DNA of 64,000 bases from Waterburya sp. (GCA_965217895.1 CBDCJV010000002.1:3392001-3456000); one strand, 5' to 3'; shown: positions 1 to 10,509, counted from the stretch's first letter. The notes: generated by a model from the sequence alone, not told the origin. Program-made: numbers and translations.

Positions 1-154
1 AGTGACTTTAGCCAGAGCTTTAGAAGGTAGACAAGAATTGAATTGAGGCTCTAGCAGTGCCAAGGGTAGTAATCAATAAACAATTATCAATTATCAATGA
101 ACAATAAATGTTGGTCTTGCTTAGTAATTAGTAATTTGGTAGGTAGTAAATAGT

Positions 155-229
155 GCGAACGGTCGTTCGCCGCCTTTCCGAAGGAAAGTCGAGCCGCAAA
201 AAGCGGCTGGCGACACGCGAAGCACGTGT
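155..229. repeat. Cluster of four adjacent GC-rich hairpins embedded in heptamer (STRR-like) repeats
   Basis: GCGAAC-ggtc-GTTCGC, CTTTCC-gaa-GGAAAG, AGCCGC-aaaaa-GCGGCT and ACACG-cgaagca-CGTGT in an AT-rich intergenic region. Confidence 0.7.
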
Positions 230-325
230 GTAGGTAGTCACAAAAGACTACAAACGACTTACTACAAACTACAAACTTAATGTTTAAAATACTTTTTCCA
301 AACAGAATTTAGTATGATATCGTTT

Positions 326-760
326 TTAGCTATCAGCTTTTAAAGACACGCTAGAAATCAATGGACAAACTTCTTGGGGCTTTGATTCAAGATTGGGGTT
401 ATTTGTCCAAACAGTGCGATATTCTTCTAATTCTGCTTTAAATAAGCTCATTCGCCTAATTTGAATTTGAATTTGCTCAATTTTACTATCTAATAAACTT
501 TGTACCAAAGCACAAGGTTTTTCGCCGAGATCGCGTACATCGAGAATTTGCTTGATTTCTTCGAGGGTAAAGCCAATAGCCTGAGCTTTCTTGATGAATT
601 CTACTTGTTGACTAGCATCCTGGCTATAGTAGCGATAGCCATTATTTGCTCTATGTGCTGGTTGCAAAAGTTTTAAATCGCTATAGTAACGTAAAGTTCC
701 TACGGCTAAACCCGTTTGTTTTGCCAGTTCGCCAATTTTGAGATTGATTGATTTACTCAT
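326..760 (-). CDS. MerR-family (heavy-metal-responsive) transcriptional regulator
   Basis: N-terminal IGELAK..TLRYY..GYRYY HTH; C-terminal Cys residues (PC, CP) typical of metal-sensing MerR proteins. Confidence 0.92.
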   Translation of the reverse strand: MSKSINLKIGELAKQTGLAVGTLRYYSDLKLLQPAHRANNGYRYYSQDASQQVEFIKKAQAIGFTLEEIKQILDVRDLGEKPCALVQSLLDSKIEQIQIQIRRMSLFKAELEEYRTVWTNNPNLESKPQEVCPLISSVSLKADS

Positions 761-789
761 AATGCCTTAGATCATAATCATCTTTTTTT

Positions 790-820
790 ACTGTAACTCT
801 TTAGTCTACTAGAGAGTCAA
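790..820 (-). promoter_or_regulatory. MerR-type promoter/operator upstream of the MerR gene
   Basis: Minus strand reads TTGACT-N19-TACAGT with the dyad ACTCTcTAGT-a-gACTAaAGAGT spanning the spacer; a 19-bp spacer is the hallmark of MerR-controlled promoters. Confidence 0.8.
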
Positions 821-880
821 GATTTTATTCCTCGAACCAGAAAAATATAAACTCTGAGGTTAATTCCACCGTATTTGCAT

Positions 881-1276
881 TTATCTAGAAAACTCTTGAA
901 GTAGCATCATTGCTACTCTAGTGCGTAAAACAGGCACAAATAAATAATCGTGATAATAAGCTGAAACAGGATTGACGCTGATATTGTGTTCGGCTAGTTT
1001 ATTAGCGATCGCAGCAAGAAAACCGACTGCTTCTAAACTAGAATGAACCGAAAGAGTGATCATCGAAAAGACTGATGTGTAAGACAAATTTGCTGTATCA
1101 GCCTGTTCTCGCTTTAGAATCAGAGTTAATCCCTCATTTTCTCGGAATTGACCCAGAGGATCGAGGTGAGAAAGGCAATTATTTTGATTATTGACGCTAC
1201 AAAAAACATACTCCCCTGAGCAGAGAACAGGCTGCATGGATTTTAACAAAGCCTTTAGATTGGTTTCACCTGGCAT
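881..1276 (-). CDS. ACT-domain protein (DUF2241-like)
   Basis: MPGETNL..LL..MQP..GEYVF, ENEGLTLI and HSSLEAVGF..NPVSAYYHD motifs. Confidence 0.85.
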   Translation of the reverse strand: MPGETNLKALLKSMQPVLCSGEYVFCSVNNQNNCLSHLDPLGQFRENEGLTLILKREQADTANLSYTSVFSMITLSVHSSLEAVGFLAAIANKLAEHNISVNPVSAYYHDYLFVPVLRTRVAMMLLQEFSR

Positions 1277-1303
1277 TAGTTTTAGGTTAATATTTCAATC
1301 GAT

Positions 1304-2647
1304 TTAATACATACTCATAAACTCTTCGCCAATAGTAGGATGAATACCAAAAGAATCGTCCAAATCTTGTTTAGTAATTCCTAGACGCACAGCGACACCA
1401 ATACACTGAATAATATCTGCTGCGTGTTCTCCTACCATGTGCGCGCCAACAATTTTCTCTTCCTTACCCACCGTAATTAATTTTATCGTTACTGTTTCTT
1501 GGTTTACCTCATCCGCCAAACTATAAAGCATGGGAGTAGTGCGATCGCAATGGCAATTGACCCGATCTCCATACTTATCTTTAGCTTCTGCCTCATTCAT
1601 GCCAACAGTAGCAGCTTCTGGACGAGAAAACACCGCCGAGGTGACGTAAGTATAGTCAATGGACTTTGGTTGTTTGCCGTATAAAGTTTCTACCACCGCT
1701 AAAGCTTCGGCTTTGGCAACAGGAGTTAAAGGAACGCGATCTATACAGTCTCCTACAGCATAAATATGCTGGTTTTCAGTACGGCAAAATTCATCTACCT
1801 TAATTTCTCCTTTATCTCCTACTTTGACTCCAGCCTTATCTAAATTAAGGCTTTTGGTGTTTGGTGCGCGTCCTGTTGCCAGCAATACTCGATCTGCGGT
1901 GATGGTTTGCTCATTAGATAGGTGAAGTTGTAATTTATTTTCAGCCTGTTCTATTTTTTGGGCGGTAGTTTCACCAATAAACTCGATCCCACGCTCAATT
2001 AATCCCTGCTGTACTGTCTTTCTTAAGTCTTGATCGAATCCAGATAAGATAAGTTCGTTAGTATCCATAAACACAACTTCTGCACCAAAAGCATTCATCA
2101 TGCTGGCAAACTCTACGCCAATATAGCCACCGCCAACAATTGCTAGCTTTTGAGGTATTTCTTGTAGCTGAAACATTTCTCTAGAAGTTATGGCTAAATT
2201 TTTTCCTGAAATGTCTGGCTTGATAGGATGTCCACCTACAGCAATTAAAATTTTATCGGCACTAATTTCTTGGTCGTTTACTTTTACTTTACGACAATCA
2301 ACAAACTTTGCTTCTCCGTAAATTAGCTCAATTCCTTTTTCTTTCAATGTCTTAATAAAAGAATCGTTAATACTATCAAGTCGCTGATGGATTTTCTGCA
2401 TCAACAAAGACCAATCAAGCTGACGCTGACATTCTTGCCAGCCATAGCTAACCGCCAATGATTCCTTGAGCGCAAAATCAGCAGCATACACCATCAATTT
2501 TTTAGGAGTGCAGCCACGATTAAGACAAGTCCCGCCTACTTTTTCTTTTTCTATTACCGCTACTTTTGCACCGTATTCCGCAGCTTTTTTGGCTGCTGCC
2601 ACTCCTCCTGTACCTGCACCAATAATTAGAAAATCGTAGTTAGCCAT
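1304..2647 (-). CDS. gor: Glutathione-disulfide reductase
   Basis: GAGTGG FAD motif, GGTCLNRGC redox disulfide, GGGYIGVE and C-terminal HPT..EE. Confidence 0.9.
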   Translation of the reverse strand: MANYDFLIIGAGTGGVAAAKKAAEYGAKVAVIEKEKVGGTCLNRGCTPKKLMVYAADFALKESLAVSYGWQECQRQLDWSLLMQKIHQRLDSINDSFIKTLKEKGIELIYGEAKFVDCRKVKVNDQEISADKILIAVGGHPIKPDISGKNLAITSREMFQLQEIPQKLAIVGGGYIGVEFASMMNAFGAEVVFMDTNELILSGFDQDLRKTVQQGLIERGIEFIGETTAQKIEQAENKLQLHLSNEQTITADRVLLATGRAPNTKSLNLDKAGVKVGDKGEIKVDEFCRTENQHIYAVGDCIDRVPLTPVAKAEALAVVETLYGKQPKSIDYTYVTSAVFSRPEAATVGMNEAEAKDKYGDRVNCHCDRTTPMLYSLADEVNQETVTIKLITVGKEEKIVGAHMVGEHAADIIQCIGVAVRLGITKQDLDDSFGIHPTIGEEFMSMY

Positions 2648-2705
2648 GATTAAATTACTTAATGTTTCTTTACATTATCGTACTTACAACCATGTTTTTC
2701 ATCTT

Positions 2706-3281
2706 TCATAAGAGTGAATCGATCGCCTTTTGCCACTCTTGTAAATCTGTTTGAGATGATAGATCGCTTGCCTCTGCACCATTAATAAAAAAGGTAGGGG
2801 TTGACCAAACTCCTTTTGCTGCTGCATAGCGTGCAGGTATTCTTGCTTGGTTATATATCTCTTTGCTGTTTAATAGTTCAATAAACTTGTCTTTGTCTGA
2901 CCATTCTGTAGCATCTAGAACATAATCAGCTAAAAGATGATGCAGGTCTGTTTGGGTTTTATCTTTAAAAGCATCCCCCGCAAATTCTTTTTGATGGTCA
3001 AAAACATAGTTGACAAAATCAATAAATTTCTGAGTGTTATTTCCTGCCACGGCGATCGCTGCTTTGGTTACATCCCAACTCTGACGATGATTGCTCAAGG
3101 TCATTGGCTGAAATATGAAGTGTACTTGTTCAGCAGAATAAGCTGCAATCACCTGCAAAAATGTCTGCCAACCTTTTCTAGAAAAGGGACACTCAAGATC
3201 GAAAAACATTTCTACAATTATAGATGCATTAGCATCACTCAGCTTATAACCACTGGATCTTCGAGGAATAGGAATAGACAT
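2706..3281 (-). CDS. DsbA/thioredoxin-fold protein (CxxS)
   Basis: FFDLECPFS motif and GVWSTPTFFING cis-Pro loop. Confidence 0.85.
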   Translation of the reverse strand: MSIPIPRRSSGYKLSDANASIIVEMFFDLECPFSRKGWQTFLQVIAAYSAEQVHFIFQPMTLSNHRQSWDVTKAAIAVAGNNTQKFIDFVNYVFDHQKEFAGDAFKDKTQTDLHHLLADYVLDATEWSDKDKFIELLNSKEIYNQARIPARYAAAKGVWSTPTFFINGAEASDLSSQTDLQEWQKAIDSLL

Positions 3282-3389
3282 GATTATAATTGGTAATAAG
3301 TATTTATTCTTAAATGAATTATATTTATTATTTGTAACTATCTTCAGAAATTGAACTTGGGATAGAACAAAAGATAAAAAGTTTTTTAA

Positions 3390-4703
3390 TTACACACTAG
3401 GCATAAAATAACTTCTGGTTCCTTTAGCATCTAAAGCTGTTCCCAAGCGGTTTAGTGCATGAACATAAGCGGCGGTACGCAGATCAATGGTTAAATCTTG
3501 GCTAATACTCCAGGTTTTCTCAGCTTCGATCAGCATTTTTGACTTAAGGCGTTGATTTACTTCTGCTAAAGTCCAGTACCAACCACTACGATTTTGTACC
3601 CACTCGAAATAACTTACGGTAACTCCACCTGCATTGACTAAAATATCAGGAAAAACATAAATACCTTTGGCTGCAAGAATTCGATCGGCATCAGAACTAA
3701 TTGGACCATTAGCCACTTCAAAGATATATTTAGCTTTAACATCTGCTGCATTACTAGCGGTAATTTGATTTTCTAAAGCAGCAGGAATTAAGACATCTAC
3801 ATCTAAAGCCAATAGCTCTTGATTAGATATAACCTGATGTTCGACAATGCTGCATACACTATCATGACAATATACTGCCTTCATTTCCCGATTCTGGTTT
3901 TTGTGTTTTTTAACGCCAGTAATATCCAAACCTTGAGGTGCATAAATGCCACCTTGGGAATCACTAACAGCCACTACTTTATACCCCGCCTCAGCGAGCA
4001 AATCTGCTATAGTTGCACCTGCATTACCAAAACCCTGAATCGCAACGGTAGTTTCTGAGGGAATAAGCTTAAATTTGGGCAGCATGGTTTGAATTACGGT
4101 AAATGCTCCCATTGCTGTAGCTGTATCTCTGCCTTGGCTTCCTCCTAGAGCTAATGGTTTTCCTGTAACTACCCCGCGACATAGCTGCCGTCGAATCGTG
4201 CTGTATTGATCCATCATCCAACCCATGATGGTTGCGTTGGTATAAACATCAGGAGCAAGAATATCAATATCTATACCAACAGCATCGGCGATCGCATCTA
4301 TATAACCGCGACTCAATCTTTCTAACTCTGCCTTGGATAATTCTTTAGGATTAACGATAATACCCCCCTTAGCACCACCAAAGGGTAAATCCAATAAGGC
4401 ACATTTAAAGGTCATCCAGAAAGCTAATGACTGCACCTCGTCTAGAGTGACATGGGGATGATAGCGAACGCCTCCTTTCCCTGCGCCTCTGGTGTCGTCG
4501 TAGCGCACCCGATAGCCAGAGAATACCTTTAATTTGCCATCGTCCATGCGCACGGGAATAGATACACTCAAGCTTGTCTTGGGTTGCTGCAAACGAGCGA
4601 TCGCATCTTCAGAAATCGTTACGTGCTTTAAAGCCTTTTCTAATCTTTTACTAGCATCAGCTAATAAAGAAGCTTGATCGCCTTGGTTTTGCATTACTGT
4701 CAT
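3390..4703 (-). CDS. gdhA: Glu/Leu/Phe/Val (glutamate) dehydrogenase
   Basis: GKGGVRY, GGAKGG, GFGNAG and NAGGVTVSYFEW motifs. Confidence 0.93.
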   Translation of the reverse strand: MTVMQNQGDQASLLADASKRLEKALKHVTISEDAIARLQQPKTSLSVSIPVRMDDGKLKVFSGYRVRYDDTRGAGKGGVRYHPHVTLDEVQSLAFWMTFKCALLDLPFGGAKGGIIVNPKELSKAELERLSRGYIDAIADAVGIDIDILAPDVYTNATIMGWMMDQYSTIRRQLCRGVVTGKPLALGGSQGRDTATAMGAFTVIQTMLPKFKLIPSETTVAIQGFGNAGATIADLLAEAGYKVVAVSDSQGGIYAPQGLDITGVKKHKNQNREMKAVYCHDSVCSIVEHQVISNQELLALDVDVLIPAALENQITASNAADVKAKYIFEVANGPISSDADRILAAKGIYVFPDILVNAGGVTVSYFEWVQNRSGWYWTLAEVNQRLKSKMLIEAEKTWSISQDLTIDLRTAAYVHALNRLGTALDAKGTRSYFMPSV

Positions 4704-5021
4704 TATTTTATTTAAGCAAGTTTTCTAATGTTATGTTGCGATCGCTACCAAGATTTAATATTTATATTCTCTCCGTTTACAGCTAGCATCGTCAAATTTT
4801 CGTTATCTAAACAGGCTAAAAATCTTACGCAGCAAATTTGGCCATTTTTGAGTTTAATGTCAAAAAAATTAACACTAATTAACAAAAAAACCTAGTGCTT
4901 GTTTTTAGTCTTTTGACACGATAGTCTTAAATGAAACTCACAAATTATAACTTCTACACAAATCGATAAAGTAAAAATTTAGTATTTTAATCTCAAATAT
5001 TTACAACATATAGAACTAGAT

Positions 5022-6110
5022 TTGCCAAAGCCTATGTCTACTCAGGATCAACCTCCCTTAAGAAATATTACTTTAGGTCAAAATGTGGTTTGCCCTTGTT
5101 GTCTCTATATGTATAATTCTCTATCAGATAATCTCTGCAAAAAATGTGGCAAAGTAATAACCGTAAGTGTAGAAGCGGTGGATTTAGAAGCATCTGATGT
5201 CAAAAAAATAGTTAATCAAAAGCGTCCAAATCTCAGTCTGAAGAAAAATTTTCAAAAATCTACTCGGACAATTTTAACCTTTGTTATTTTCTCTAGTGCA
5301 ATCTTGTTTTCTGGCGTTACTTACTACATAGTGCAAAAGAATTCAGCACAGCAAGAACTAGCAACAACTAAAGCAGAAATAAAGACCAAAGCAGTAATAG
5401 CCGCTCGTAATTTAGAGCAATTTGTCAGCACACAATATTTTCAGGTTCAAGAAATGGCTGCGAGTCCTTTCCTTACTGACATTTCTCTTTGGTCAGCTTG
5501 GTCTATTGAGCGCAAGCAAGAGTATTTTCAGAATAATTTTTTGGCTCATTCAAACAGTATAGATGGCTATCTGATTATTGATGCTCAAACTGGAGACACA
5601 GTTTTTAGCGGTGGAACAGAAGCTAACAACAGCAAAGACATAAATTACTACCAGCAGGTAGTCAAATTTAAACAACCAGTGATCGTTCCTTACCAAAAAT
5701 CGACCGAAACAGGAATTGCCTATATGTATATGGTGGCTCCTTCTTTTGATAAAACAGGAAAACTGTTATTTGTTACTCAAACTAGAATTAGATTTGATAA
5801 GGTGCAAAGAAAAATAGCTACTAATTTAAATAATTTAGGTTTGATTGTTGGTGATTCAAGTCAATCTTTTGGTTTTTCCCTCGTCAACGGAATTGGAAAA
5901 ATTATTGCTAGTGAAAAGATAGAAAATTTGAATCAGCAGATCGATCATTTTTTCGCCTCTTCTCGTATTCAGCGACAAAACAACTTATTAGCTGTAGACG
6001 TAGAAACAATAGATGGCTCATCCTATCTTGTGGCGTATGCACCAGTTATAGAAACAAGAGGACTACCAAAATTAGACTGGGGCTTAATTTTCACAACTAA
6101 AGTAGATTAA
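5022..6110 (+). CDS. Membrane protein with N-terminal Cys4 zinc ribbon and periplasmic Cache-like domain, no output domain
   Basis: CPCC..CKKC, one TM segment, YYQ..PY..MVAP Cache features; ends at DWGLIF. Confidence 0.65.
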   Translation: MPKPMSTQDQPPLRNITLGQNVVCPCCLYMYNSLSDNLCKKCGKVITVSVEAVDLEASDVKKIVNQKRPNLSLKKNFQKSTRTILTFVIFSSAILFSGVTYYIVQKNSAQQELATTKAEIKTKAVIAARNLEQFVSTQYFQVQEMAASPFLTDISLWSAWSIERKQEYFQNNFLAHSNSIDGYLIIDAQTGDTVFSGGTEANNSKDINYYQQVVKFKQPVIVPYQKSTETGIAYMYMVAPSFDKTGKLLFVTQTRIRFDKVQRKIATNLNNLGLIVGDSSQSFGFSLVNGIGKIIASEKIENLNQQIDHFFASSRIQRQNNLLAVDVETIDGSSYLVAYAPVIETRGLPKLDWGLIFTTKVD

Positions 6111-6381
6111 ATTTTGATTTTACGTTTGATGTGAATTAAAAGACCGAGAAATGCCTTCAAAAAGCTATTTTCTCATTTTATTTTGATACTCACCGCTAAT
6201 TCAAATTAAGCGTATTGTGTTAGTGGCAATGGAAAAAGATCGTTGAAAGTTTTGACAAGCAGTCCATATTTAATCTAATGTCTATAAATTATCATTATCC
6301 TAGTTTTCTGCTGCGCTTTTACCGATTGGCTAACTTCAGGGGTAGTCCTGACAAAATTGTCTCCTATATTAAACCTCTTGC

Positions 6382-7890
6382 ATGAATAAAAAAAATCAAG
6401 GAATCACAATTTTCTCGATTCTTGCTATTATTTCATTGGCTATTTGGTTGATTGTTCGTCAACAAATGGGCATATTTCAAAATCAAAGCGATCGCATTTC
6501 AAAGTTGACAGCTTCTGGCGAAAATGGACAAGCAGACCAAAAAGAAAGTAGTTTCAAAGCTGAAAATAGATTTAGTTCGGGGGAGAAAATTTTAATTGGT
6601 GCGGATAACAATCCCGATAAGCAATTGGCAGCACAGATGTATGCAAAAAAAGATTTTGGTGAGGCAATAAGTAAATTTCAGAAATCTTTAGAAACTTATC
6701 CAAACGATCCAGAAGCATTAATTTATCTGAACAATTCTATTGCAGCAATCGATCCCAATGCGATCGCAATTGGTGTAAGCGTACCAATTGGTGGAAGTCT
6801 AGACGTAGCCAAGGAAATATTAAGGGGAGTAGCTCAGGCACAAAACGCAATCAATTCCCAAAACGGCATCGCCAATAGTGGCAGGAACGATCTACTTCAA
6901 ATCATCATTGCCAATGATGACAATGAGCCTGAAGTTGCCAAGCAAATTGCTACTGACTTTTTGGATAATTCTCAGGTTGAGGCAGTGATTGGTCATAATT
7001 CTAGCAGTGCTTCGATCGCAGCAGCACCAATATATCAACAGGGTGGCTTGGTAATGATTTCTCCTACTAGCGTTGCCACAGAACTATCTCAGGCAGGAAA
7101 CTATATATTCCGAACTACACCTACTACCAGAATATTAGCCCAGACTTTAGCAGAATATACGATCGAGAAGCTGCATCGACAGAAGATAGCCGTTTGTTCT
7201 GATTCAGAAGATTCTGCTAGCAGTTCGTTTAGAGAAGATTTTTCTTTATCTATATTTGAGTTGGATGGAGAAATTACTGCTACTGAGTGCGATTTTAGCA
7301 GTGATAATTTTAATGCTGATGAAATTCCAGGAAAAGCGATCGCCGATGGAGCAGAAGCTCTTTTACTTATTCCTTCGGTAGACAAAATTAACCAGGCTTT
7401 GGAAGTAGCTCAATCTAATCAAAATCGTTTGACTTTATTGGGTAATCATTCAATGTACGGCTACGAAACTTTAAAGGTTGGCGGCTCTAATACCAATGGA
7501 ATGATTCTGCCTGTTGCTTGGCATCCTGAGGCTACAGCCAATTCTTCGTTTAACGCAGAGGCTAAAAATCTTTGGGGTATGGCTGGAAGCTGGCGTACCG
7601 CTACAGCCTATGAGGCAACGAAAGCCCTCATTGCTGGGTTGAGTCGTATCGATGATTCTAATACTGTGACTGCTCGGCAACAATTACAGAAAGTATTGAC
7701 CAATTCAGGCTTTTCTGTTCCTGGAGTTTTAGGTAATATTACTTTTCAACGTTCAGGCGATCGCTTAGTAAAGGGAGCTTTAGTCAAGATACAACCAGGC
7801 ACATCCTCTGGTACGGGATATGATTTCAAATACATTAATACCTCTCAACCCAGTAATAAAACCGAAAAAGCAAAATCAGAAAACTTTTAG
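6382..7890 (+). CDS. Branched-chain amino-acid-type ABC substrate-binding (Peripla_BP_6) protein with TPR
   Basis: N-terminal TM, PNDPEALIYLNN, GVAQAQ, AVIGHNSS and WRTATAYEA motifs. Confidence 0.85.
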   Translation: MNKKNQGITIFSILAIISLAIWLIVRQQMGIFQNQSDRISKLTASGENGQADQKESSFKAENRFSSGEKILIGADNNPDKQLAAQMYAKKDFGEAISKFQKSLETYPNDPEALIYLNNSIAAIDPNAIAIGVSVPIGGSLDVAKEILRGVAQAQNAINSQNGIANSGRNDLLQIIIANDDNEPEVAKQIATDFLDNSQVEAVIGHNSSSASIAAAPIYQQGGLVMISPTSVATELSQAGNYIFRTTPTTRILAQTLAEYTIEKLHRQKIAVCSDSEDSASSSFREDFSLSIFELDGEITATECDFSSDNFNADEIPGKAIADGAEALLLIPSVDKINQALEVAQSNQNRLTLLGNHSMYGYETLKVGGSNTNGMILPVAWHPEATANSSFNAEAKNLWGMAGSWRTATAYEATKALIAGLSRIDDSNTVTARQQLQKVLTNSGFSVPGVLGNITFQRSGDRLVKGALVKIQPGTSSGTGYDFKYINTSQPSNKTEKAKSENF

Positions 7891-8892
7891 CCACCCAAAG
7901 AGAACTATGGGTAAAAATAAAGTACTCAATAAAATACCGCTAGCAGCCACATTTCGATTTAAATCATAGGCTTCTGCCAAAATAACGCTAGCAAATGCCG
8001 TAGGCATACCAGACATTAAAACTAATACTAAACGACCGTCACCCTCAAAACCAAACAAAGTTAATACCAGTCCAGTTACACCTGGCAAAACCAGCATTTT
8101 GATTAGGGTGGAAAAAACTCCCGTTTTCAAATTTTGCCATTGTTGAAACATACTCAACTGCATTCCAATTAAGACAAAAGCTCCAGGTAAAATGGTCATA
8201 GTTCCTAGGGAAATTCCTGTTTCAAACAAGCCAGCCAGAGTTAAGCCTTGGCTGAGATAGCCAAAGATAAAAGCCCATAAAGAAGGTAAAAGTACTATAC
8301 TGCTCAACTGATTCAACCAATTGCTTTGTTCTTTTAAGCAGCTATATCGATCTGCTACTAATACACCCAATCCATAGCTTCCTAAAACATTGTGAGCAAT
8401 TCCATATAAGACAATCCAACTCCAATAGCTTTGAGCTACAAAATGCGGTACCAAAGCCAAACCAATGAAGCCTGTGTTACCCAAAATTGAGGTGATAATA
8501 AAGCTTCCTCTTCCAGCATTGGTAAAGGGTAATAAGTCTGGGCTAATTGCGTTATTAGAAGCTAGAAAATATCTAGCCTCGACAGTAGAATTTTGTGGAT
8601 TGTTTGACACAATCGACATATGGTAGCTGTTGATGTATCTTTCTTTGTGTATATGAAGAATCAGTATGGTTAATAGCAAACCTAACAACAGAACGGTTAC
8701 AGTGACGGTAATTGGCAGCCAAACGATTTGTTCAAAATTAGATTTTCGCGCCAAAGCAAAAATCTGTAAGGGTACGCCAAGCCAATACAAGGTTTTTCCC
8801 AGCAGTTTTGTTACTCGATCGCCAACAATTTTTTTGCGGTAGATTAGGATTCCCAGAACAACCCATAATACGCTTTGTAATATAGTTATCAC
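7876..8892 (-). CDS. AEC (auxin efflux carrier) family transporter
   Basis: Multiple TM segments; GNTGFIGL and MPTAF..AEAY motifs. Confidence 0.88.
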   Translation of the reverse strand: MITILQSVLWVVLGILIYRKKIVGDRVTKLLGKTLYWLGVPLQIFALARKSNFEQIVWLPITVTVTVLLLGLLLTILILHIHKERYINSYHMSIVSNNPQNSTVEARYFLASNNAISPDLLPFTNAGRGSFIITSILGNTGFIGLALVPHFVAQSYWSWIVLYGIAHNVLGSYGLGVLVADRYSCLKEQSNWLNQLSSIVLLPSLWAFIFGYLSQGLTLAGLFETGISLGTMTILPGAFVLIGMQLSMFQQWQNLKTGVFSTLIKMLVLPGVTGLVLTLFGFEGDGRLVLVLMSGMPTAFASVILAEAYDLNRNVAASGILLSTLFLPIVLFGWLKVF

Positions 8893-9101
8893 TTTTTCCC
8901 CGTAAAACTACATAGTCATTGTCAGGTTAGTTTAACGTGAGTTTAGATAAGAAAAAGGCAAATAATAACTTGAGTTTGGTTGTTGGCGATCGCACTATAT
9001 CTTGGACGAAAAATGGTTCAAATTAAATTCCTCGAAGCTGGAAAACTTAAATAGATTCAACAGATAGTGTTTTAATTTGCTGTTAAATATTCAGCAGATT
9101 G

Positions 9102-9728
9102 CTATTTTTTGGACAACAAACTTTTAGTGAAATTTAACAGTTCTGGGTTTTTGGCTACACAAGTAAAATTTTGATTTAATTGAACTATTTCAAATCGATC
9201 ATCCAAGATTATTTGACTTAACTTATCTTTTGGTAAAAATAAAAGATCTGGTGAATCATGATATTTTAAAGTTTCTTTCTGTTTAGTTATAAAAGAATCA
9301 AAATTATCATCATAATCAGTTTGACCATACTGATCTATACTAAAACCCAGAAAGTTTTCGCCAATTTCTCTTAATTCCTGTAGTGCATATTCAATTAAAA
9401 CTTTAGATAATTTTTCCAGATAAAGATCTAATAAAGAAGAAAATGAAAAATTTTGAAAAAAGTAATTATCTATTTGAGAAAATGACCAAAAAATGCAATG
9501 TTCAGGTTCTAACCACAGGTTTATTCCCAAATTATTATTGTTGTGAATCAACTCTTTGATCTTTTTTTGCTTAGTTTCGGTAATATCGTCTTCCAAGCCT
9601 ATACCAGTAATTAGCTGTGTACCAGGCTGTTTGATAAAGAATCCAGATTTTGCTAAATAATTACACGCTTTTTCAAGGTCGAAAGAACATCTAGAACGAT
9701 AGTATAAAGTTACTCCATCATCAGCCAT
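9102..9728 (-). CDS. Hypothetical protein, putative orphan immunity protein (paralog of 9886..10509)
   Basis: Aligns end to end with 9886..10509; the MADD start was chosen by analogy to the paralog's MADQ; lies downstream of the toxin-like gene. Confidence 0.6.
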   Translation of the reverse strand: MADDGVTLYYRSRCSFDLEKACNYLAKSGFFIKQPGTQLITGIGLEDDITETKQKKIKELIHNNNNLGINLWLEPEHCIFWSFSQIDNYFFQNFSFSSLLDLYLEKLSKVLIEYALQELREIGENFLGFSIDQYGQTDYDDNFDSFITKQKETLKYHDSPDLLFLPKDKLSQIILDDRFEIVQLNQNFTCVAKNPELLNFTKSLLSKK

Positions 9729-9783
9729 ATAATTCACCTAATAGTTGTTCACCAAGATTTGTACCTAAAATTTCTGAGTTCAT
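9721..9783 (-). CDS. 20-aa mini-ORF (MNSEILGTNLGEQLLGELYG) coupled to the downstream gene
   Basis: Purine-rich AGAGAG precedes the ATG; its TGA overlaps the next start as ATGGCTGA. Confidence 0.4.
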   Translation of the reverse strand: MNSEILGTNLGEQLLGELYG

Positions 9784-9885
9784 GATTTATCTCTCTATTG
9801 TTGTTTTTATTGGTTGGTATTAGAGAGATAGAGCTAGAGGTTAACAAATAGTGTTTTAACTTGCTGTTAAATATTCAGCAGATTG

Positions 9886-10509
9886 CTATTCCTTGGACAG
9901 CAGACTTTTAGTGAAATTTAACAAATCTAGGTTTTTGGCTACACAAGTAAATTTTTGATTTAATGGAACTATTTCAAATCGATCATCCAGGATTATTTGA
10001 CTTAACTTATCTTTTGGCAAAAATAAAACATCTGGTGAATCATGATATTTTAAAGTTTCTTTCCGTCCAACCAGGAAAGGAGCAAAGTCGTAGTCACTGG
10101 TTTGCCCGTACTGGTCTATGATAAAGCCTATAATTCCTCTGTTAATTTCAGCCAATTCATTTAGTGCATAGCCGATTAAAATTCTAGACACCTTTTCCAT
10201 AGAAAGATCATCCAAATAATATAAACCGAAATTTTGGAGAAAGTAATTATCTTTTTGAACAAAAGACCAAAAAACATAAACTTCATTATTTAGCCAAAGT
10301 TTGACACCTAATTCAGTTTTGCCCAAGATAAGATCTTTAAGTTTTTCTTGATTAGCTTCTGTGAAATAATTGACTCCATTAGTGTAAGTAATTAGCTGTG
10401 TTTCTGGGTTTTTTATAAAAAGGTTAGATTTTATAAAATATTCATATATTTTTTTAAAGTTAAAAACTTGTTTGGAAACGTAGTACAAAGTTGCTTCTTG
10501 ATCAGCCAT
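9886..10509 (-). CDS. Hypothetical protein, putative orphan immunity protein
   Basis: Paralog of 9102..9728, same orientation, in the toxin-like locus. Confidence 0.6.
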   Translation of the reverse strand: MADQEATLYYVSKQVFNFKKIYEYFIKSNLFIKNPETQLITYTNGVNYFTEANQEKLKDLILGKTELGVKLWLNNEVYVFWSFVQKDNYFLQNFGLYYLDDLSMEKVSRILIGYALNELAEINRGIIGFIIDQYGQTSDYDFAPFLVGRKETLKYHDSPDVLFLPKDKLSQIILDDRFEIVPLNQKFTCVAKNLDLLNFTKSLLSKE

